Source: Candidatus Bathyarchaeia archaeon (GTDB taxonomy: Archaea > Thermoproteota > Bathyarchaeia > Bathyarchaeales > Bathycorpusculaceae). From it: a stretch of DNA of 64,000 bases. The notes under the pieces are model-generated. The model was not told where the DNA came from. It did no database searches and saw only the letters and a program-made list of their open reading frames with translations. Of the stretch, positions 29,658 to 39,634 are shown piece after piece. The DNA is taken from NCBI GenBank assembly GCA_050010755.1, contig JBEKKK010000004.1:1-64000 (forward strand). The letters are read 5' to 3'. Each line of letters starts with the position of its first letter. The first letter of the stretch is position 1. The position numbers and the translations under genes were made by a program.

Positions 29658-30824
29658 TTGGATTTTGAGTTGACAGCTGAGCAGAAAATGGTGGTCAAAG
29701 CAGCTTCGGAAGTTGCGAAAGATTTCGACCCCGAGTATTGGAGGAACAAAGACAAGAATCACGAGTTCCCCGAAGATTTCTGGAAAGCCCTGGTTGAGGC
29801 GGGATTTGTCGGTCTCGTCATACCTGAAAAGTACGGCGGAGGCGGAATGGGCATGTTCGAGATGATTTTGGCGATGGAGACTCTGACCTCGGAAAGCTGC
29901 GGCTTAGCCGGAGAATGGTTCTTGTGTTTAACCTCTGTTTTCGGAGGCTTATCCGTGTTGAAACATGGAAACGAACTTCAGAAAGACACTTATCTGCCCA
30001 AAATCTGCAAAGGCATGGAGTTCTGTTTGGGTTTGACGGAGCCAGACGCGGGAAGCAACACTCTGAACATCCAGACAGCAGCCGTGGAGACTGGAGACGA
30101 ATACGTTGTGAACGGAAGAAAAACCCTCATTTCAGGAGCAGACAGGGCACAAGGAATGTTGCTTGTTACAAGAACAACTCCCCTGGAAAAGGCAGAAAAA
30201 AGAACCCTGGGATTGAGCCTGTTTCTCGTGGATCTGCCAAACAAAGCGGTGGAAGTAACTCCCATAGAGAAACACGGAATCAACTACTCAAAAACCTGCG
30301 ACGTCTACATCACGGACCTCAAAATCCCTAGCGAAAACCTGCTGGGCGAGAAAGACAAGGGCTGGTACCTAGTTCTGGACACGCTGAACCCTGAAAGAAT
30401 GTCCTTCTCAGCAGCTGCTGCAGGACTAGGCCTCCTGGCGATAAAAAAAGCAGTTGAACACGCCAAGCAAAGGAAGGTTTTCGGGGCTCCGATAGGCTCC
30501 TACCAAGCGTTGCAATTTCCTCTCGCAGAAGCAAAGGCCAAGATTGAGGCCGCCAAACTGCTCAATTACAAAGCAGCGTCGCTCTACGACCGAGGACAAC
30601 CCTGCGGCGCCGAGGCAAACATGGCCAAAGTTGTCGCCGTAGAAGCAGGCATCCAAGCAGTATACCATGCCATGCAGACTTTCGGCGGCTACGGTTACGC
30701 AGTTGACTATGACGTAGAACGCTGGTGGAGAGAAGTGAACCTAACCAGACTAGCACCCGTAACACATCAGATGGCCCTCTCCTTCATAGGCGAACACGTT
30801 CTAGGCCTACCAAAATCCTACTAA
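29658..30824 (+). CDS. Acyl-CoA dehydrogenase
   Basis: IPEKYGGGG, LTEPDAGS, NGRK, RKVFGAPIGSYQ, QTFGGYGY, VERWWRE. Confidence 0.94.
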   Translation: MDFELTAEQKMVVKAASEVAKDFDPEYWRNKDKNHEFPEDFWKALVEAGFVGLVIPEKYGGGGMGMFEMILAMETLTSESCGLAGEWFLCLTSVFGGLSVLKHGNELQKDTYLPKICKGMEFCLGLTEPDAGSNTLNIQTAAVETGDEYVVNGRKTLISGADRAQGMLLVTRTTPLEKAEKRTLGLSLFLVDLPNKAVEVTPIEKHGINYSKTCDVYITDLKIPSENLLGEKDKGWYLVLDTLNPERMSFSAAAAGLGLLAIKKAVEHAKQRKVFGAPIGSYQALQFPLAEAKAKIEAAKLLNYKAASLYDRGQPCGAEANMAKVVAVEAGIQAVYHAMQTFGGYGYAVDYDVERWWREVNLTRLAPVTHQMALSFIGEHVLGLPKSY

Positions 30825-30972
30825 ATCTCCATCCTGCGCCATCTTGTTGATGCTGACTGCTTTCGTGAGGGTCTGTACGGTTCGTTCAAGAAAAGCCCTT
30901 TGGTTAACATGGACAAAACTTTACCATGAAAAACCCGAAGAGTTAACAATCATTCATGGATAAACTTAATAA

Positions 30973-31008
30973 ATAGGTTAAAGTAGATATTTATCAATTT
31001 TAACCTAT
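30973..31008. promoter_or_regulatory. 36-bp near-perfect inverted repeat upstream of the sedolisin gene
   Basis: ATAGGTTAAA-GTA-GATA-TT-TATC-AAT-TTTAACCTAT immediately before GGAGAG and the TTG start. Confidence 0.55.
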
Positions 31009-31023
31009 AGGAGAGTAAAGATT

Positions 31024-32739
31024 TTGGTCAAAACAGGTAAAAACAGAGCCACCATAATCGCCATGGCAGCACTCGTCCTTGTCATCAGCTTTCCCATCGC
31101 CGTATCAACGGCAGGGGCAACAAAGCCAGAGAGTAACTGGAGAGCACGCACGTTCTTTTACGGTCGGCCGGCATCGCTTTGGGGGCCAGATCCGCTTTCT
31201 CCGAGCCAAATCATTGGCGCATACAATCTCTTTTCGACTTCAGGCGGCGCTGGAAACACGATAGCAATCGTTGACGCATATGATGACCCAACTGTCGCGG
31301 CCGACTTGGCCACATTTAGCAGCTACTTCGGCCTGCCTACGGCTAATTTCGTCGAGCACAAGATGTCCAGCACAATCAGCGTGGACAGCGGCTGGGCGCT
31401 TGAGATATCGCTCGATGTTGAGTGGGCTCACGCCATAGCCCAGAATGCAACGATACTGCTCGTGGAAGCCACGTCCAATAGCCTGACTGATCTTCTGGCC
31501 GCCGTAAGCTACGCAACGAGCTACCCAGGTGTTAAAGCAGCCTCGATGAGCTGGGGTGGAAGCGAATTCTCCACGGAATCCTCGTACGACTCCTACTTTA
31601 ATACAACTGGAATCACCTTCTTCGCATCCAGTGGAGACAGCGGAGCAGGCGTCATTTGGCCATCAAGTTCGCCAAACGTAGTAGGCGTAGGGGGAACGAC
31701 ACTCAATCTTAACTCAAGCGGAGCAGTGACTTCGGAGACAGCATGGAGCGGAAGCGGAGGAGGCTTAAGCGCGTACGAATCCCCGCCAGCATATCAAACA
31801 ACCTATGGCCTCGCATACGGGACACGAGCAGTGCCCGATGTCTCTTACGACGCAGACCCGAACACTGGAGTCTACGTGTATGACAGCACGCCCTACCAAG
31901 GCTCGTCGGGCTGGTGGGACGTGGGCGGCACTAGCGTAGGGGCTCCGCAATGGGCAGCAATAGAAGCCCTTGGACTTTCTGCGAATAACAAAAACTTCTA
32001 CCTGGACGCGGCATCCACAGGCTATGCTTCCTACTTCAGAGACATCAGGAGCGGCTCAAACGGGTACCCAGCAGGCCCAGGCTATGACCTAGTTACAGGC
32101 TTAGGCAGCCCAGTCACCACGAGTTTCACACCATCAACAACGCCCGACTTCTCACTGTCAGCATCACCCACATCGCTGAGCATCAGAACCGGGACCTATG
32201 GAACCTCGACCATAACGGTAACCGCTCTAAACGGCTTCACGGGCACAGTCACACTATCAGCTACATCTCCGACTGGTTGGACTTCAAGTCTCAACCCACC
32301 CTCAATTACAGCGTCCGGCCAATCAACACTCACAATAACCGTGCCCAGTGGCACCAGCAGCGGAACATACTCCGTTACAGTCAATGGCACTAGCGGATCC
32401 TTAACCCACACCGTCGCCATCACAGTGCACGTGACAACCCCCGACTTCTCGCTCTCAGCGTCACCTACATCCTTGAGCATCAGAAGAGGATACTCAGGAA
32501 CCTCGACCATAACCGTAGCCGCTCTCAACGGGTTCACGGGCACAGTCACACTATCAACCACTTCTCAAACAGGGCTAACCATCAGTCTCAGTCCGACCTC
32601 GATTTCGACATCGGGAACATCTACACTGAAAATAACCGTGGCAAGCAACGCAAGAACCGGAACGTACACAGTAACTGTGACAGGCAAAAGCGGTGCGTTA
32701 AGCCACACGGCAAAAGTCAGCGTAACAGTTCGAAGGTAA
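31024..32739 (+). CDS. Secreted S53 (sedolisin) serine-carboxyl peptidase with two C-terminal Ig-like repeats
   Basis: Signal/TM, TIAIVDAYD, EISLDVE, SMSWG, SSGDSG, VPDVS, GGTSVGAP, GYDLVTGLGSP. Confidence 0.92.
   Translation: MVKTGKNRATIIAMAALVLVISFPIAVSTAGATKPESNWRARTFFYGRPASLWGPDPLSPSQIIGAYNLFSTSGGAGNTIAIVDAYDDPTVAADLATFSSYFGLPTANFVEHKMSSTISVDSGWALEISLDVEWAHAIAQNATILLVEATSNSLTDLLAAVSYATSYPGVKAASMSWGGSEFSTESSYDSYFNTTGITFFASSGDSGAGVIWPSSSPNVVGVGGTTLNLNSSGAVTSETAWSGSGGGLSAYESPPAYQTTYGLAYGTRAVPDVSYDADPNTGVYVYDSTPYQGSSGWWDVGGTSVGAPQWAAIEALGLSANNKNFYLDAASTGYASYFRDIRSGSNGYPAGPGYDLVTGLGSPVTTSFTPSTTPDFSLSASPTSLSIRTGTYGTSTITVTALNGFTGTVTLSATSPTGWTSSLNPPSITASGQSTLTITVPSGTSSGTYSVTVNGTSGSLTHTVAITVHVTTPDFSLSASPTSLSIRRGYSGTSTITVAALNGFTGTVTLSTTSQTGLTISLSPTSISTSGTSTLKITVASNARTGTYTVTVTGKSGALSHTAKVSVTVRR
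32143..32736 (+). repeat. Intragenic tandem duplication, 297-bp period (99 aa)
   Basis: PDFSLSASPTSLSIR...GTSTITV.ALNGFTGTVTLS starts at 32143 and 32440. Confidence 0.85.
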
Positions 32740-32866
32740 TCGCTGACATTCTTCCACCTTTTTTCACATCTACGTTGGTTCAGGATGGGCGCACGATCGG
32801 TCTCTTAAGGGCATCCTCAAAGACGCGTTACACTTTCAAACCCGCGCAAACATTAGCGACCGAGCA

Positions 32867-33661
32867 TTATTTCTTTGTTGTCGGAATGTAAATTCCTTGG
32901 GGGTCTATCTCTCTCAATAGTGCCAGTTCTTCGCATGTGGGCAGGTCAGTTGTCGACAAGTCTTTTGGCACTGTCAAGTCAAACTCTGTGTTTTCAAGCA
33001 CCTGTTGAACTGAAACGCCCGGATGGATCGTGGCCAGTCTGATGCGCCTTGTATGCGGGTCAAAATCCATTTGACAAAGGTTGGTCACGACAAGTGATGG
33101 ACCGCCGCCGAGCAACCCTGTTTTTTTCCTCGCATCACATCCGTCCAAGAACCCTGGGCTTGTCAGGTAGTCGAGTTTCTTGACCATTTTCCTTTTCTCA
33201 TGGGTCATGATGACCACCGTGCGATGGGCTGAAGACATTATGTCGTTGCCTCCTCCGCTCCCGGGCAGCCTCACGGTCGGTTTCTCGAAGCTTCCAATGT
33301 AGGTCGTGTTTAGGTTTCCATACATGTCGATTTGCGCCGCGCCGACGAATCCAACGTCCACGTGGCCGCCTTGAAGCATAAGCCCCAATGTTTCGAGTAG
33401 ACCAATTGCTCCAGAAGCACGGTAGCCCAGCCTCGAGTCGGCGATCGACAGGGCAACGTCTTTGGCGTTCGAATCTATGAAACCTGCTTCAAAAACGATT
33501 TTTGCTGCTCGAGCGTGCGTTCTCTTGGCCAGCAACGCTGCAATCATGGGCAAGCCTGTGCCAACGAAGACGACCTCGCCGTTCTTTATTGCTCTTGATC
33601 CGCACACAGCCATGAGTTCAAGTGTAGAAAACTCATCGATCCCTGCAAGTTTCCTAGCCAT
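32867..33661 (-). CDS. Family I CoA-transferase beta subunit (glutaconate CoA-transferase-like)
   Basis: VFVGTGLP, FEAG, GAAQIDMYGNLN, RLPGSGGGND, YLTSPG. Confidence 0.9.
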   Translation of the reverse strand: MARKLAGIDEFSTLELMAVCGSRAIKNGEVVFVGTGLPMIAALLAKRTHARAAKIVFEAGFIDSNAKDVALSIADSRLGYRASGAIGLLETLGLMLQGGHVDVGFVGAAQIDMYGNLNTTYIGSFEKPTVRLPGSGGGNDIMSSAHRTVVIMTHEKRKMVKKLDYLTSPGFLDGCDARKKTGLLGGGPSLVVTNLCQMDFDPHTRRIRLATIHPGVSVQQVLENTEFDLTVPKDLSTTDLPTCEELALLREIDPQGIYIPTTKK

Positions 33662-33673
33662 TTCAGTTCCTCC

Positions 33674-34594
33674 TCAGTAGGCAAACGGTTTCTTGGCTCT
33701 AAACTTCATGAGTCGTTCGATGCCTATCTTCGTCAGAAACTCTGCGTGATCTTTAGTGCCCGTTATGTATTCGCTGCAGTATTTCTGCCACCCTTCCTCG
33801 GTCTTGCATTGGTCGTAGTACGTGCGCACGTGTTCCATGTCGTAATCGTAATAGTTGTAAACCATCATAGGAAACGAACCCCACGGACACTCAACGACAT
33901 GGGTCACGTAAATGTTAGGTATGATCGTCTGGTCTGGCTGAGACCTGATGAACTCAGTATCTACGATTTCTTCAGCCAAAATTATCACTTTCTTCCCAGC
34001 TCTAGCGCCTTCCACATCCTCGCCTTTGATGCCGTCAATCTGCACGTTTCCCTCCCTGTCCACCCGCGAGGCATGCACGATACTGAAATCCGGGCGGACC
34101 GATGGAACGAGCACGATCCTTTCCCCAGTGAACGGACAGTCCATGACCTCTGCCTTCTTCGCTCTAAACTTTTTTTTCGCAAGAATATCTGTGCCGAGCA
34201 TACTCTTCAGAGGCATGAAAGGCACACCCAGCGCACCTCCCATAAATCGCAAAACCATGGCCAAGTTTGAATAATCTTCAATCTCTATTGCCCCCTCCCG
34301 GATTCTACGTTGAATATTGGGCACCAACCCTATACCTTCAATTGCAAAAAACGCCAGTTCTAGACGTGAAACAACCTTTGCTCCGCACAGTATATCCAAG
34401 TCCATTTCAGAACCACAAGTGTAAAGGGTCAAGCCACGCTTTTTCTGCCTTATGAGCTCATGCGCAAAGGCCATCGGGGGACGTTGAAAACCAAAACCTC
34501 CCCAGAAAACATGTGCACCATCCGGAACGAGTTTAACAGCTTCCTTGAGCGTTATTCTTTTATCCTCTACAGGCATCTCAACCAAACTCTTCAC
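33674..34594 (-). CDS. Family I CoA-transferase alpha subunit
   Basis: GGFGFQRPPMAFAHELIRQ, GALGVPFMP, CPFTG, DREGN, AEEIV. Confidence 0.9.
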   Translation of the reverse strand: MKSLVEMPVEDKRITLKEAVKLVPDGAHVFWGGFGFQRPPMAFAHELIRQKKRGLTLYTCGSEMDLDILCGAKVVSRLELAFFAIEGIGLVPNIQRRIREGAIEIEDYSNLAMVLRFMGGALGVPFMPLKSMLGTDILAKKKFRAKKAEVMDCPFTGERIVLVPSVRPDFSIVHASRVDREGNVQIDGIKGEDVEGARAGKKVIILAEEIVDTEFIRSQPDQTIIPNIYVTHVVECPWGSFPMMVYNYYDYDMEHVRTYYDQCKTEEGWQKYCSEYITGTKDHAEFLTKIGIERLMKFRAKKPFAY

Positions 34595-34757
34595 CAGCCA
34601 ACGTTATAGCAACGCATAGACGCGCATCCCGCACATAGATTTTTCGACTCATCAAAAGCAAAACTATGCATTTCACCTTGTAAGATGCTGTGCTCCATAT
34701 CGTATATATGAATATACGCGGCGATCCATTGTGCCAAATGCAACCTTTCCGAGTGCG

Positions 34758-35783
34758 CTACCCTTCTTGCTCTCGGTTTAATTGTTTCTCTGCAGCTGAA
34801 ACTTCTTCAGGCGTTAGTTTTCGTGGGAAGTTGTAGATTGGGCCGCTGGGTTTCTCGTTATAGAATGGACGATTGCAGTCGGGGCATCCCGAGGTGAGAA
34901 AGGGTTCGCCGGTTTGGATGATTTTTCTCAGTGTTCCTCCTCCGACCCCAAAATCGGTGATAGAGCCATTCCCATCGAAACTCATGTCTTTGCATCTCAC
35001 GATTCCGTGCAAAATCAGGTGCCTTGCAGTTTGAATTCGCCTGTATCTCCTGATTAGCGGCTGTGTTTCATTTCCTAACGGTGTTCCCGGTACTGGTGTA
35101 AAGGCAAACAACGCTGGCAACACGGCCAAGTCTACGCATTTTTGGATGGTTTCAACCATCTCTTCGTCGGTCTCGCCCAGTCCGACGATCAAGTGCGTGC
35201 TAACCTTTCCTTCACCGTAGATTTTTCTTGCATGTTTCAGAAGTTCCCATTGCTTTTTCCAGTCGTAAGGTCCTCTCGCACCGACTCCCTTCATCCGTTC
35301 AAAGAGTTCTTCTGTGGCGGCATCCAATGGTATTCCAATCCTTTCGACACCGGCATTCGCCAATCGACGCATGTTTTCGACATTGTGAGGCTGACACGAG
35401 ACTGAAATCGGCACTCTCGCGGATTGGCTTACCGTTCGTGCTATAGCGTATAGGTCGGTAAAGACTTGTGGATAGTTCAGAGCTTGGATGCAAACACGTC
35501 TTATTCTACCACCGCGTGCAGCGTCGATAATTCCCTTTTTCACCTCTAGAGTCCTGTAAGCTGGCCATGAGACTCTCGAAAGCATACCGGCCCGCGTCGT
35601 GCTTTCCCTGGCTTGGGGACAGAATGCACAGTTCGCGGTGCACTTTTCTTGACGGTACGTCATGATGTAAACTGTCGTTGGCGCAACATCAAGCCTTGCT
35701 TCTGCCAATCCCAGGACAACAGCAGATCCGAGAGAAACACGAATCTGCTCCGGCAAGTTTTCAGACGGATCGAAGGACTCCAT
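34758..35783 (-). CDS. lipS2: Radical SAM protein, archaeal lipoyl synthase LipS2 type
   Basis: CTANCAFC, LSRVSWP, HLIVGLGE, LFAFTP, LipS2 motif TSGCPDCNRP. Confidence 0.85.
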   Translation of the reverse strand: MESFDPSENLPEQIRVSLGSAVVLGLAEARLDVAPTTVYIMTYRQEKCTANCAFCPQARESTTRAGMLSRVSWPAYRTLEVKKGIIDAARGGRIRRVCIQALNYPQVFTDLYAIARTVSQSARVPISVSCQPHNVENMRRLANAGVERIGIPLDAATEELFERMKGVGARGPYDWKKQWELLKHARKIYGEGKVSTHLIVGLGETDEEMVETIQKCVDLAVLPALFAFTPVPGTPLGNETQPLIRRYRRIQTARHLILHGIVRCKDMSFDGNGSITDFGVGGGTLRKIIQTGEPFLTSGCPDCNRPFYNEKPSGPIYNFPRKLTPEEVSAAEKQLNREQEG

Positions 35784-35949
35784 TGTACGTCTCCGCCTCA
35801 GACACTAAACCTCAGACGTGTTGTTTTCATGTAATTTGTTAAGTGCTATGCCCTGCTAAAAGGTTTGCCAGCGTAATCAGAAATCTGAACTATATTTAAA
35901 TACGTCTAGCTCTTCGAGCTAGGTGTAATCTATCAGGGGCTCAGGCAGA

Positions 35950-36426
35950 ATGTCTGTGAAAGAGATGACCTGTGAAGAAGTTGATCAGTTTCTCACTTGC
36001 ACGAGAATAGGCCGGTTAGGAATGGTTCTTGAGGAGGGCCCATATGTGGTTCCGATGGGGTTTGCTTATTCTGAAGGAAAGGTGTTCTTTCACACGTGCA
36101 GCAAGGGTTTGAAGATGGATAGCCTCAGAAAGAATGCTCACGTCTGCTTTGAGGTTGACGAAGCTTTGTCTGATGCAACGATGTCGAAGAGCGTAATAAT
36201 CTTCGGAACTGCGGAAATCATCGAGGATGAACAGAGAACGATACCGTATCTGCAGAAGCTCATCGACAAATACAGGGTTCCACTCAACTTTGACGAATAC
36301 ATGGCCAAACCCGGAAGAAACCGAGAGAGCGAACTCAGGGCCGCAAGAATTTGCTTAATCACACCCACAAAAATCACGGGCAGAAAACTACTTCCAAAAG
36401 AAGGACTTCACCCCACTTCCCCATGA
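35950..36426 (+). CDS. Flavin-binding pyridoxamine 5'-phosphate oxidase-like (NimA-like) protein
   Basis: GRLG, PYVVP, FFHT..GLK, VCFEVD, SVIIFG. Confidence 0.85.
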   Translation: MSVKEMTCEEVDQFLTCTRIGRLGMVLEEGPYVVPMGFAYSEGKVFFHTCSKGLKMDSLRKNAHVCFEVDEALSDATMSKSVIIFGTAEIIEDEQRTIPYLQKLIDKYRVPLNFDEYMAKPGRNRESELRAARICLITPTKITGRKLLPKEGLHPTSP

Positions 36427-36591
36427 CCCAATACCCTCAGGGCCATGCAAAATGTGGGCAATTGCCTCGTGGCTCACAGGCTTAATGCTCCGCATAGGTC
36501 GGCAAAACGTAAACCCATCACATGTTTTGGACTATTGATTCAGAATTCACAAGCGATTTATCTGCAGGAAGACAAAGCCACATGCAGGTGT

Positions 36592-36948
36592 ATGGGCATG
36601 CGTAGATCAAAGCTTGAAACATACGAGGCGATATTGGGGACTTTGGCGAAGAAACCGACGAAAATCGACAGGCTCGCATACAAGGTTGGCTTGGACTGCG
36701 CTAATCTGGAAAGAAGCCTGAATTTTCTCATCGAAAACGGACTGGTTAAAGAGATATTCCTTCCGAAGGGTACGTCCTACGCCGCAACTGACAGAGGAAT
36801 ATCAGTTTTCAAGACTCTTGACTCCCAGAAATACTTCAAGAAGATACAAGACCGTCTCGTAGCAATAGACGAAGGCATGAGAATAGCGCCAGAAACGTCA
36901 CAACGCTCGGAAAAGCCGGAGAAAGAAATCTCGGACGAAAAGTATTAA
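36592..36948 (+). CDS. Archaeal winged-helix transcription regulator
   Basis: MRRSKLETYEAIL, LAYKVGL, FLIENGLV, YAATDRG. Confidence 0.8.
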   Translation: MGMRRSKLETYEAILGTLAKKPTKIDRLAYKVGLDCANLERSLNFLIENGLVKEIFLPKGTSYAATDRGISVFKTLDSQKYFKKIQDRLVAIDEGMRIAPETSQRSEKPEKEISDEKY

Positions 36949-36952
36949 GCAG

Positions 36953-37969
36953 TTGAAAGTGCCTTACACACGAAGAACGATGAAACAGATTTCCCCCGAA
37001 GCCATCTGGCGCATGACTGAAAAGGAACTTTCAGCCTTTCTTGACGAGAACCAATTGCCCAGCACGACAAACGAAATCCATTTCTACGCACCAAGCTTCA
37101 CGTACTACAAGACCAGCCACTATCACTCTTCACCAACGGATTTTCCCACAATCTCATTGACTGGGAATGGATGTGCCCTCAACTGTAAGCACTGCGGCGG
37201 CTTAGTTCTTGAAACTATGCACCCAGTCAAGTCATCTGAAGAATTGTTTGAACTGTGCGTCCAGCTGAAGAAAAAAGGCGCCCTGGGATGCTTGATAAGC
37301 GGCGGATGCCTGCCTAACGGTTCTGTGCCCATTAACAAGTTCATCGAGGGCATAACTAGAGTCAAACGGAACCTTGGCTTGACGGTTCTAGTGCACACGG
37401 GCATAATAGACGAGATCACCGCCCAAGCACTGGCAGAGGCCGGGGTGGACTCAGCTCTTGTAGATGTCATCGGCTCAGACGAGACCATCAGAGAAATATA
37501 CAGGCTAAACATGAAAGTGGAAGATTATTCTCGTTCTTTAAGTGCCTTGAAGGAATCTGGAGTTCGGTTCGTTCCACACGTCATAGTCGGGCTCCATTAC
37601 GGAAAACTCGAAGGCGAATTTCAGGCTCTGCGAATGATCCGAAATTGCAACCCATCAGCCTTAGTCATAATCGCGTTCATGCCCATTCATGGGACAGAAA
37701 TGGAACACGTTGACCCGCCGAAGCCTGTAGAGATAGCGAAGGTAATAGCGTCAGCAAGACTCATGTTTCCGAACACTCCGTTGGCTCTGGGTTGTATGCG
37801 TCCCAAAGGAGGACACAGGATCGAAACAGACATCATGGCTGTCAAAGCAGGCGTCGATGCTATAGCATTTCCGACAGAAGAGGTAGTGGATTTCGCACAG
37901 CAACATGGGAGGACGGCGGCCTTCTCACCTCTCTGCTGCTCACAGATTTATGAGGACCTGACGTGCTAA
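36953..37969 (+). CDS. lipS1: Radical SAM protein, archaeal lipoyl synthase LipS1 type
   Basis: CALNCKHC, GCLISGG, VPHVIVGL, LipS1 motifs LGCMRP and C-terminal CC. Confidence 0.85.
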   Translation: MKVPYTRRTMKQISPEAIWRMTEKELSAFLDENQLPSTTNEIHFYAPSFTYYKTSHYHSSPTDFPTISLTGNGCALNCKHCGGLVLETMHPVKSSEELFELCVQLKKKGALGCLISGGCLPNGSVPINKFIEGITRVKRNLGLTVLVHTGIIDEITAQALAEAGVDSALVDVIGSDETIREIYRLNMKVEDYSRSLSALKESGVRFVPHVIVGLHYGKLEGEFQALRMIRNCNPSALVIIAFMPIHGTEMEHVDPPKPVEIAKVIASARLMFPNTPLALGCMRPKGGHRIETDIMAVKAGVDAIAFPTEEVVDFAQQHGRTAAFSPLCCSQIYEDLTC

Positions 37970-37983
37970 TCGCTCAGGCCAGC

Positions 37984-39624
37984 CTATTTTTGAAGGGCCA
38001 CAACAGCCGCCATCGCCGCAAACTCAGAGAAACCGACTGCAAGGAATATAGGTAGAACGGATATGTCAAGCTGGATCGCGCCGAACGCAGCGAATATCGG
38101 AAGTGCAACAACAACGAACCCTTGAATCAGAGTCAAGATGTAGGCGCCGATTTTTGAATAGAGGTTACCGACGGCGAATCCTTCTTTCCAGAACCTCCGT
38201 GTCAGGAGCGTGAGTTCAAGCATAATGCCAGCGGACACTGCAAACGCGTGTATTAACCCGTAAGTCACTATCAAAGTGAGGTCTCTGTGGAGAAACAAAG
38301 CAACAAAGAAAAGTACGACAATAGAAAATAGGTAGGTGACTAATGACAACAAGGTCTTCGCCATTATCAGCGTTCTCTTTCCAATCGGAAGGCTACGCGT
38401 GAACGAGGACGCTAGCCCTTCTATCGACAGCAAAGTCGGTGGAAGAAACAGCGTGATCAACGATATTCCAATCAACGAGCTCAATATAAGTATCGGCGTC
38501 AGGTTGCCAGAAGAAAAGAACAATATTGCAAGGATGATTGTTTGAAAAGCCGGAAGCAGAAAGAGACTTGCAAAGGAAGGCGCTCTTGAAGCAACCCTAA
38601 GATCTTTGCGAATGATTCCAAGCCACGGAATTTGGGGCTTAATCTCGGTGTCTGTGACAACCCCCTTTCCTCTGGATATGGCTCCTGCACCGCCTATCGT
38701 CCGCACCGTCCTTGTGACCCACCTTAAGCAGAAGAACGCAGCGAACGTGTACCCAACGGAAGCTGCGATAGAAAAACCGAACACAGTGTAGTCTGGTGTC
38801 CGCGGAAAGGTCAGGTAGGACGTGAGGAAGCCGAAGGAGAACGGGTAGATGAGAACCAGGAAGTGAAGAACCGTGGAAAGGGACTGAGTCAAGGACGTTA
38901 GGAATTGAACGATGTTTCCTGCGAAGCTTACGACAAGGTACGCGCTGAAAATCGGAAGAATCCAGACTATCATTAAGAGAAGCCGGGCCAGGGTCTGCCA
39001 TCTTGATCTTCCGCCGCCTCCGGCAACTCTGGAGTAGAAGAACCGGGCCGAGCTGACGGTGAGTGCTAGGGCAAATATTTCGGTAATCGCTATGGCCAAA
39101 AGCAATAGAAGACCGCCTAGAAGCGTGCCGCCCACAAGAAAATAGGCTGAGAGAAACATTATCGCCGCTGCTGCAAGGGGAATGTCGAACATCCTTAGGA
39201 AAGAAACGAACAAAATGTTCGAGACCTCCTGTTTCGTGAGCGGAAACGCGCCTAATACGTCGCTCATTTTCGATGAGACGAAACTCGTTGAAACCTGCAG
39301 TCCCATGAAGACTATCAGAAACAGCACGACCGCCAGAAAGGCTGTGACGCTTCCTATAATGGTCACATCCCTTGGAGCGGAGCTTGCCCGTGAGGCTTCG
39401 AAGCCGGTCATGGGGAGAAAAACTGTGAAAGCGAATATCCCTATGAAAAGAGTCGTTGCGAGTTTGCTGATGAGCCCGTTCGTTCGAGCGTTTGCCACGA
39501 GTCTCTTGATATCTGTTGTTCCCCTCTGAGGCAGGGACGAACCAACGCGGAGAGAAAAGATGGATTGGAACGATATCTCTTTGTAAACGATGCTTGAAAG
39601 CTTCCAAAGCTCACGAAGTTTCAC
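37984..39624 (-). CDS. ABC exporter permease
   Basis: Highly hydrophobic 546 aa, internal KDLR motif, next to an ABC ATPase. Confidence 0.8.
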   Translation of the reverse strand: MKLRELWKLSSIVYKEISFQSIFSLRVGSSLPQRGTTDIKRLVANARTNGLISKLATTLFIGIFAFTVFLPMTGFEASRASSAPRDVTIIGSVTAFLAVVLFLIVFMGLQVSTSFVSSKMSDVLGAFPLTKQEVSNILFVSFLRMFDIPLAAAAIMFLSAYFLVGGTLLGGLLLLLAIAITEIFALALTVSSARFFYSRVAGGGGRSRWQTLARLLLMIVWILPIFSAYLVVSFAGNIVQFLTSLTQSLSTVLHFLVLIYPFSFGFLTSYLTFPRTPDYTVFGFSIAASVGYTFAAFFCLRWVTRTVRTIGGAGAISRGKGVVTDTEIKPQIPWLGIIRKDLRVASRAPSFASLFLLPAFQTIILAILFFSSGNLTPILILSSLIGISLITLFLPPTLLSIEGLASSFTRSLPIGKRTLIMAKTLLSLVTYLFSIVVLFFVALFLHRDLTLIVTYGLIHAFAVSAGIMLELTLLTRRFWKEGFAVGNLYSKIGAYILTLIQGFVVVALPIFAAFGAIQLDISVLPIFLAVGFSEFAAMAAVVALQK

Positions 39625-39634
39625 TGGGCCTTCC

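Noticed and set aside
38639-39607. 322-aa alternative-frame ORF inside the ABC permease, and similar shadow ORFs elsewhere
   Set aside because: Arg/Ser-rich composition typical of off-frame or antisense ORFs over well-supported genes
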